A program made the translations under genes and the position numbers. Source: Candidatus Latescibacterota bacterium (GTDB lineage Bacteria; Latescibacterota; UBA2968; UBA8231). Taken from it: a stretch of 64,000 nt of DNA. The stretch lies in assembly GCA_965203175.1 (NCBI GenBank), contig OZ241867.1:2560001-2624000 (forward strand). The letters run 5' to 3'. Each line of letters begins with the position of its first letter. Positions within the stretch are counted from its first letter, which is position 1. The notes below the pieces were generated by a model. It saw only the letters and a program-made list of their open reading frames with translations. It made no database searches and had not been told where the DNA came from. Shown here one piece after another: positions 58,308 to 64,000 of the stretch.

Positions 58308-59636
58308 ATGCTAGTCGAAAACGCCCTGCGCTTCTTGAGCTTGGCCGACGCCAACGTGCGCTTCGTGCTCTTTGGCTCCCTGCTGATTGGCGCGACCGGC
58401 GGGTTGCTGGGGTCGTTTGCGGTGTTGCGGCGGCGGAGCCTCGTCGGCGACGCGCTGGCGCACGCGGCCCTGCCGGGGGTGGCGTTGGCCTATTTGTGGA
58501 CTGGGAGCAAGGCCCTGCCGGTGCTGCTGACGGGCGCGGCGATTTCCGGGGTGCTCGGCGTGTTGGTGATGCAGTTCATCATCAACTATACCCGCGTCAA
58601 GGCGGATTCGGCGATTGGCATTGTGCTGTCGGTATTTTTTGGCGTGGGGATCGTGCTGTTGACCCACGTCCAGCGGGTCGGCACAGGCAATCAGAGCGGT
58701 TTGGACAAGTTCCTCTTTGGGCAGGCGGCCTCGCTGGTGGACGACGACCTGCGCATCATGAGCGTGCTGGCGGGCCTCATCATCCTCGCGGTGGCTCTGT
58801 TTTTTAAGGAATTCAAGGTCCTGATTTTCGACGCGGACTTTTTGCAGACGCTCGGCTACTCGGCCCGCTGGATTGACGCCTTGCTGATGGGGCTGATCGC
58901 GCTGACGGTGATCGTGGGCTTGCAGGCTGTAGGCGTGGTGCTGATTGCGGCTATGCTCATCACGCCGGCTGTGGCGGCGCGCTTTTGGACCGAGCACCTG
59001 CACAAGATGGTGCTGCTCGCCGCTGCTTTTGGGGGCTTGTCTGGGGTCGTCGGCACCTTCATCAGTTCCTTGGTGCCGCGGATTCCCACCGGTCCGGTAA
59101 TGGTGCTCATCGCCACCTTGTGCTTTGTGGTGTCGGCGCTTTTTGCGCCCCAGCGGGGGGTGTTGGCGCGGTGGCGCAGGCAGCGGCACAACAGCCGCCG
59201 CGAGAGCCAGCAGCACTTTTTGCGCGCCTGCATCGAGCTGCAAGAGAAGCTGGGAACGGGTCGCTCCTTGGCCGTGGAGGAACTGGCCATTGAGATGGGC
59301 CTGTCGCCGGACTGGGTCAAACGCCTCGGGCGGCGGCTGGCCGAAAAGGGACTAGTCTCCAGTCAGGACGGGCGTTTCGCCCTGACGGCTCTAGGCGCGG
59401 AGGAAGGGCTTTTCGTGGTTAAATCGCACCGCCTGTGGGAGCACTATTTGTACTATCGGGCCATACTCGACGCCGATCACGTGGATCGGCCCGCCGACGA
59501 AGTCGAGCACTTGTTGACGCCGGAAATCATTGCCGAGTTAGAGGACATCCTCCAGCGCGAGCAAGGGCTGGACCCGGCCCGGATCGTCAATATCCACGGC
59601 ACTGGCAGCCACTACCGCCGGGGAGGCCGCGAATGA
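58308..59636 (+). CDS. troC: Metal ABC permease fused to a DtxR-like domain
   Basis: SLVGDALAHAALPG permease; C-terminal wHTH and SHRLWEHYL...ADEVEH. Confidence 0.9.
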   Translation: MLVENALRFLSLADANVRFVLFGSLLIGATGGLLGSFAVLRRRSLVGDALAHAALPGVALAYLWTGSKALPVLLTGAAISGVLGVLVMQFIINYTRVKADSAIGIVLSVFFGVGIVLLTHVQRVGTGNQSGLDKFLFGQAASLVDDDLRIMSVLAGLIILAVALFFKEFKVLIFDADFLQTLGYSARWIDALLMGLIALTVIVGLQAVGVVLIAAMLITPAVAARFWTEHLHKMVLLAAAFGGLSGVVGTFISSLVPRIPTGPVMVLIATLCFVVSALFAPQRGVLARWRRQRHNSRRESQQHFLRACIELQEKLGTGRSLAVEELAIEMGLSPDWVKRLGRRLAEKGLVSSQDGRFALTALGAEEGLFVVKSHRLWEHYLYYRAILDADHVDRPADEVEHLLTPEIIAELEDILQREQGLDPARIVNIHGTGSHYRRGGRE

Positions 59637-60910
59637 TCGAAGGCGCTTTCTGGATCGTGCTCACCGGCGTGTTGGTCACTGCGTCCTGCGCCCTGTTGGG
59701 CACCTTCCTGGTGTTGCGCAAGATGTCGCTGTTGGGCGACGCTTTGAGCCACTCCGTGCTGCCGGGGATCGCCGTGGCCTTCCTGCTGTCGAGCAGCCGC
59801 GCGGTACTGCCGATGTTTTTTGGCGCAGCCGTCTTCGGTTTGCTGACTGCGCTGTTGGTCGAGGCCTTTCACCGGCGGTGGCGCGTGCAAGAGGACGCGG
59901 CCATCGGCATTGTGTTTACCGCGCTTTTTGCGCTGGGCGTGGTGATCATCACCGCGTATGCCGGTCAAGTGGATCTCGATCAAGAGTGCGTGCTCTACGG
60001 CGAGATCGCCTATACTCCTTGGGATCTGCTGCTGTGGGGAGATCAATCGCTGGGGCCGCGGCCGGTGTGGATATTGGGTGCGATGCTGGCGATCAATCTG
60101 ATTGTGATCGCGCTCTTGTACAAGGAATTCAAGATCTCTGCGTTTGATCCGGCCATGGCCATGTCGGTGGGGATCAACGCCACGCTGATGCACTACCTCT
60201 TGATGGGTTTGGTCGCGCTGACGACGGTGGCGTCGTTTGAATCCGTGGGCGCGATCTTGGTCGTGGCCATGCTGATTGTGCCTGGGGCAGCCGCTTACCT
60301 GTGGAGCGACCGGCTCATCGCGGTACTGGGGTTGGCCGTGTTCTTTGGGGTGGTCTCGGCCGTGGCGGGTTACTTTTTGGCCAGCTTATGGAATAGCTCT
60401 ATCGCCGGCGCTATGGTGGTGGTCATCGGTGGAATTTTTCTCTTTTCCCTGCTTTTTTCGCCGAATCAGGGCGTGCTGGCGCGGATCTTTCAGCGCGTGC
60501 GGCTGTCGCTGCAAGTGGCGCAAGATCACATGCTGCTCGCGCTGGTGCGGCGCGAGGAGAAGGAAGCCGAGCGCGCTGGGCTGCGGCCCGCCGAGTTGGT
60601 GGCGACTGCGGCCGTTTGGAGTCCGCTGGCGCAGCTGGCGTTTGGCGGTCTGCGGCGGCGGCAATTGTTGGTACAGGCGAATGGCGTGGTCGAATTGTCT
60701 GCAAAGGGCCAACAAGCCGCGCTGCGCCTGTTGCGCCATCACCGGCTTTGGGAAACTTATATGAGCCATCTGGGCCTGCCCGAAGACCACGTACACGACC
60801 CAGCCGACGCGCTTGAGCACTTTATCGGCGGCGAGCTGGCAGCCGAGTTGGGCGCGCAAATCAGCGACGAACAGGATCCGCAAGGCAAGCAAATCCCGCC
60901 CTCTAATTGA
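59633..60910 (+). CDS. troD: Metal ABC permease fused to a DtxR-like metal-binding/dimerisation domain
   Basis: GDALSHSVLPG, VDLDQECVLYGE; C-terminal HHRLWETYM...ADALEH...DPQGKQIP. Confidence 0.9.
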   Translation: MIEGAFWIVLTGVLVTASCALLGTFLVLRKMSLLGDALSHSVLPGIAVAFLLSSSRAVLPMFFGAAVFGLLTALLVEAFHRRWRVQEDAAIGIVFTALFALGVVIITAYAGQVDLDQECVLYGEIAYTPWDLLLWGDQSLGPRPVWILGAMLAINLIVIALLYKEFKISAFDPAMAMSVGINATLMHYLLMGLVALTTVASFESVGAILVVAMLIVPGAAAYLWSDRLIAVLGLAVFFGVVSAVAGYFLASLWNSSIAGAMVVVIGGIFLFSLLFSPNQGVLARIFQRVRLSLQVAQDHMLLALVRREEKEAERAGLRPAELVATAAVWSPLAQLAFGGLRRRQLLVQANGVVELSAKGQQAALRLLRHHRLWETYMSHLGLPEDHVHDPADALEHFIGGELAAELGAQISDEQDPQGKQIPPSN

Positions 60911-60923
60911 TGCCGAGGCCAGC

Positions 60924-61532
60924 ATGATCCGGCTGAAGAGCAAAGATGCAGATCTCAAGCGAACTTATATGAGGGATCTGTGGGCTTCGGTGGGGTTTGT
61001 GGTCCTGTTGTTGGCCGCAGTGGTGGCGATTGATCCGCAGATTGCGTTCGATGCGAGCAGGCCCGTGCAGCGGCCTGCTCGCATCGAGTTGGAACTCGTT
61101 CCTGAGACCGAGATGCGGCTCCCCTTGCCGCCGCCGCCAGTCCGGCGCATCGAGCCGGTGGCATACGTGCGGACGCGACCCGTGCGCGAGCATAAACTGC
61201 CGCCGCCTGTGGTGGTGACCGAGTTCCCTCTAGAAGAGGAAGTGGAGGCCGCGGAGTTGTGGATGGTGGAGCAGCCGCCGAGAGTGCTTAAGAGGGTTCT
61301 ACCGGTCTATCCCGACAGCGCGCGGAAAGCACTTGTGGAGGGCAAGGTCTTTGCGCGGGTGTTGGTGGGTCGAAAGGGACGGGTCGAACACATCGACCGC
61401 ATCGAGGGGCCGCAGGTCTTCCAGCGTTCGGTAGCGCAAGCCGCCAAGGCTTGGGAGTTTTCGCCGGCTGTGCAGAACGACCGCGCCGTCCCGGTGTGGG
61501 TCAGCTTGCCGTTTGTGTTTGAGCTAGAGTAA
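60924..61532 (+). CDS. TonB family protein
   Basis: Single TM, Pro-rich linker, PVYPDSARKALVEGKV...WEFSPA...VSLPFVF. Confidence 0.85.
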   Translation: MIRLKSKDADLKRTYMRDLWASVGFVVLLLAAVVAIDPQIAFDASRPVQRPARIELELVPETEMRLPLPPPPVRRIEPVAYVRTRPVREHKLPPPVVVTEFPLEEEVEAAELWMVEQPPRVLKRVLPVYPDSARKALVEGKVFARVLVGRKGRVEHIDRIEGPQVFQRSVAQAAKAWEFSPAVQNDRAVPVWVSLPFVFELE

Positions 61533-61856
61533 TCAGCCACCGCTGCGCTTGGCCTGATAGCCGCGCTTGGCTAGCTCGGCGAGCACGACATCTACTTTGT
61601 CCCCTTGAATTTCTATTACGCCATCGACGACCGATCCGCCGCTGCCGCATTTGCGCTTGAGTTCGGAGGAGAGGGTCTTTAGTTCGGCTGCGGACAGCCT
61701 CAGGCCCGAGATGGTGGTGACGGTCTTGCCGCCGCGGCCCTTTTTCTCGCGGCGCACGCGGGCGATGCCGTCGCCGGTGGGGGCAGCGGCTTGCTCTTTC
61801 GGCTGCGGTACGCGGCCGGTATCAGAGGAATACACGAGGCGACTGTTTTTAGCCAT
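61533..61856 (-). CDS. yciH: SUI1/YciH translation initiation factor
   Basis: RLVYSSD, KGRGGKTVT, LKRKCGSGGSV, IEIQGD. Confidence 0.93.
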   Translation of the reverse strand: MAKNSRLVYSSDTGRVPQPKEQAAAPTGDGIARVRREKKGRGGKTVTTISGLRLSAAELKTLSSELKRKCGSGGSVVDGVIEIQGDKVDVVLAELAKRGYQAKRSGG

Positions 61857-62661
61857 GATTGGGGTTCTCCATGCCGTGTCCCGCCGCCCGCCGCTCTTGG
61901 ACTATGCGCACGGTCTCGTCGCGCCACGCCGCAAACTCGTCGGTATCTACGGCGTCGTGCAGAGTCGCCCTTTTGGCGTAGGGCACGTAGTTGCCGATAT
62001 GCCACAGGGTATTGCGGTAGAGACAGAAGTCGCCGGCGTCGAGGAAGAGCTGCTGGGCACCGGGCATACTCTGTGCATAGCTAAGGCAGGCCCACTCGCG
62101 TTCGGTAGCGGATTGTCCTTCGAGATCGGGCTTGGCGATGGGCCGCTCGGGGAAGCGCGCTGCTTCGCACGGCAGATCGCGGCGTAGGTGGCTGCCGGGG
62201 ACGACCCACGTGCACGAGTCGACGTACAGAGCGCAGTTGACTTGGTTGAAGTAGCGGTCGTCGGCAAAGTGCTCATCCCAGCGCGCCAGTTCCAAGCCGG
62301 GCATATTGTCGCGCCAGTCGCGGTGCCAGTGGGTACACCACGGCGACTCGGCCGGTTCAAAAAGCACGCCCATGACCTGCGGCCCGCCGACGCGAAAATC
62401 CGACGCGAGCAAGCGGTGGATTGCGTCGTTGAGCGCGGGGAGTTCGGCGTAGTCAATGAAAGGCTGTTGGTCGAGTGGAAAGTCGGCCATCGGCTGCAAG
62501 CGCTGGGCTTGGGGGCCGCGCTGTTGACGGGCCAAGTCTCGCGCCTCGTCGCATACTCGGCGCAGATCAGCGACGAGGGCAGGAGGCAGGAGTTGGCGGA
62601 AGACTGTGTAGCCCTGAGTGCGGTACTCGTCGATGTGTTGGTCGGAAAAAGCGAAGGCCAT
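61849..62661 (-). CDS. PhyH family dioxygenase
   Basis: YRTQGY, HWHRDW, WVVPGSH, LWHIGNY. Confidence 0.8.
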   Translation of the reverse strand: MAFAFSDQHIDEYRTQGYTVFRQLLPPALVADLRRVCDEARDLARQQRGPQAQRLQPMADFPLDQQPFIDYAELPALNDAIHRLLASDFRVGGPQVMGVLFEPAESPWCTHWHRDWRDNMPGLELARWDEHFADDRYFNQVNCALYVDSCTWVVPGSHLRRDLPCEAARFPERPIAKPDLEGQSATEREWACLSYAQSMPGAQQLFLDAGDFCLYRNTLWHIGNYVPYAKRATLHDAVDTDEFAAWRDETVRIVQERRAAGHGMENPNHG

Positions 62662-62670
62662 GGCGTTGTC

Positions 62671-63381
62671 TCACACGTGCGCTACATGAAAGCCCTGAGG
62701 CGGCTCAAAGTGTTCGGCGCGTTTGCCGATATAGTGGCAGATAAAACTGCGCCGCCAGCGATTGGCAGTCTGGTTGGGGTAGGAGCCGTGGATGGTTTTG
62801 CCGTCGAAGAAGAGGCCGTCGCCCGGGGCCATGTCGAGACCGACGATTGCGGCTTCAGGAGGTAGCTGGCTCTGAGCGCGGGTGAAAGAGACGCGAGTGT
62901 CGGCCTTTTCAACGGGCTGGAGCTGGCCGTGCGAGCCGGGGACGACGACCATTTGGCCCACGGCGTCGTCGGATGGGTCGAGGGCGATCCACAGGCCGAT
63001 TAGCGGATCAGTAGTGATGTACTGCTCGTCTTGATGCAGGCCCTGCCCGCGGCCGCCGGGCGGCTTGAAGTAGAGCATGGTCTGACGCAGGACGGGCTCG
63101 TCGTCGATGAGCTGTTCGACCGCGGAGAGCAGATTGGGTCGGGTAGCCCAAGTGGCGCTGGCGGGATCCCAGTCGTGCATGTTGATCATGCGCGGATAGG
63201 TGTGGTTGGGGTCGTCGGGCTGGTCGTCGGTACCGCCGCTGTCGCCAGGGTGAGGGCCTTGAGCGCGCAGTTCCATGTAGTGGCCGATCATGGCCTCGGC
63301 TTGGTCGGGCGCGAATACCCCTGGCACGACGAGGTAGCCTTGGTCGCGGTAGGACTGCACTTGGGCGGCGTTGAGGTTCAC
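62671..63381 (-). CDS. PhyH family dioxygenase
   Basis: YRDQGY, FKPPGGRGQGLHQD, WIALD, VVPGSH, IHGSYPN...RRSFICHY. Confidence 0.9.
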   Translation of the reverse strand: MNLNAAQVQSYRDQGYLVVPGVFAPDQAEAMIGHYMELRAQGPHPGDSGGTDDQPDDPNHTYPRMINMHDWDPASATWATRPNLLSAVEQLIDDEPVLRQTMLYFKPPGGRGQGLHQDEQYITTDPLIGLWIALDPSDDAVGQMVVVPGSHGQLQPVEKADTRVSFTRAQSQLPPEAAIVGLDMAPGDGLFFDGKTIHGSYPNQTANRWRRSFICHYIGKRAEHFEPPQGFHVAHV

Positions 63382-63394
63382 GGCGGGTTACTTC

Positions 63395-63487
63395 CTAAGT
63401 GACGTTTCATGAGAGTTTTAGGTATGGGATGCTTCGGCTCCGTTTCACTCCGCTCAGCATGACAGGAACGGCTGCTCCGTAACTTAG
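63395..63487. repeat. Small REP/MITE-like palindromic element
   Basis: Imperfect terminal inverted repeats CTAAGTGACG/CGTAACTTAG around GATGCTTCGGCTCCGTTTCACTCCGCTCAGCATGACA. Confidence 0.45.
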
Positions 63488-63520
63488 CGAACAGGGTCAC
63501 GCTCTTCAACCAATGGCGGC

Positions 63521-64000
63521 TTACCATTCGGCCACGCGCTTTTTGGCGAAATAGGCTCGGTCCCACTCGGCTCCCCAGCCGGGGCCGGTCGGCGGCGCGA
63601 TGTGACCATTGATGGGTAGTGGGGGATTGAGTAGGCCGATTTCGCGGCCGATTTCGTCGCGGCTGCCGCCGGGAAAATACTCGTAGTACGTGGTGTTTTG
63701 CAGGGCGCAGACTAGGTGGGCGTGGACTAAGCCAAAAAGGCCGCCTGGACCGTTGAGTTCGATAGTGGTGCGATGAGCGACGGCTATAGCGGCGAGTTTG
63801 AGGGTGGCTGTGGTGCCGTGGCGGGCGTTGGCGCGGACGAGGTCCGTGGCCTCAGCGCGAACCCAAGCGGTGCAGAGTTCGCAGTCGTACATTAGGGTCT
63901 CAAGGGCCATGACCGGTATGTCGAGTTCGGCGCACAGTGTTTGCAAGCCTTGGAGATCGCGGTCGGAAATGGCCTCCTCGAACCAGCCGTAGTTGAGTTC
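63521..64000 (-). CDS. Enolase-superfamily (mandelate racemase-like) protein, 5' part outside window
   Basis: YGWFEEAISDRD, IPVMALET, YYEYFP, PPTGPGWGAEWD. Confidence 0.78.
   Translation of the reverse strand, partial: ELNYGWFEEAISDRDLQGLQTLCAELDIPVMALETLMYDCELCTAWVRAEATDLVRANARHGTTATLKLAAIAVAHRTTIELNGPGGLFGLVHAHLVCALQNTTYYEYFPGGSRDEIGREIGLLNPPLPINGHIAPPTGPGWGAEWDRAYFAKKRVAEW

Overview
A high-GC bacterial chromosomal window with about 65 genes and no rRNA, tRNA, CRISPR array or intact transposase. The gene content includes four PhyH dioxygenases, enolase-family dehydratases, a GH172 hydrolase, a class I LysRS and a microcompartment locus. This suggests a Latescibacterota/Poribacteria-like heterotroph, possibly sponge-associated (inference only). 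The standout is a bacterial microcompartment (BMC) operon at 41.8-50.6 kb. It encodes an acylating aldehyde dehydrogenase, PduL and a BMC-P but none of the classical signature enzymes; instead it has two DHDPS-family class I aldolase-like proteins and a DAO/ThiO-type flavoenzyme. Its shell genes include one protein with four tandem BMC domains, translationally coupled to a two-domain protein (2+4=6), which could form an asymmetric heterodimeric pseudo-hexamer. Other notable items: a Tro/Mnt ABC operon in which both permeases carry C-terminal DtxR-like domains; a small defence islet with three toxin-antitoxin loci that have each lost the toxin; a class I LysRS with a degenerate KMSKS motif; an E2 subunit lacking the catalytic His; a DUF4910/M28-AAC(3) fusion; and a long structured leader ending in tandem terminators upstream of a small HTH gene. 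All calls come from motif recognition by eye; no database searches were run.
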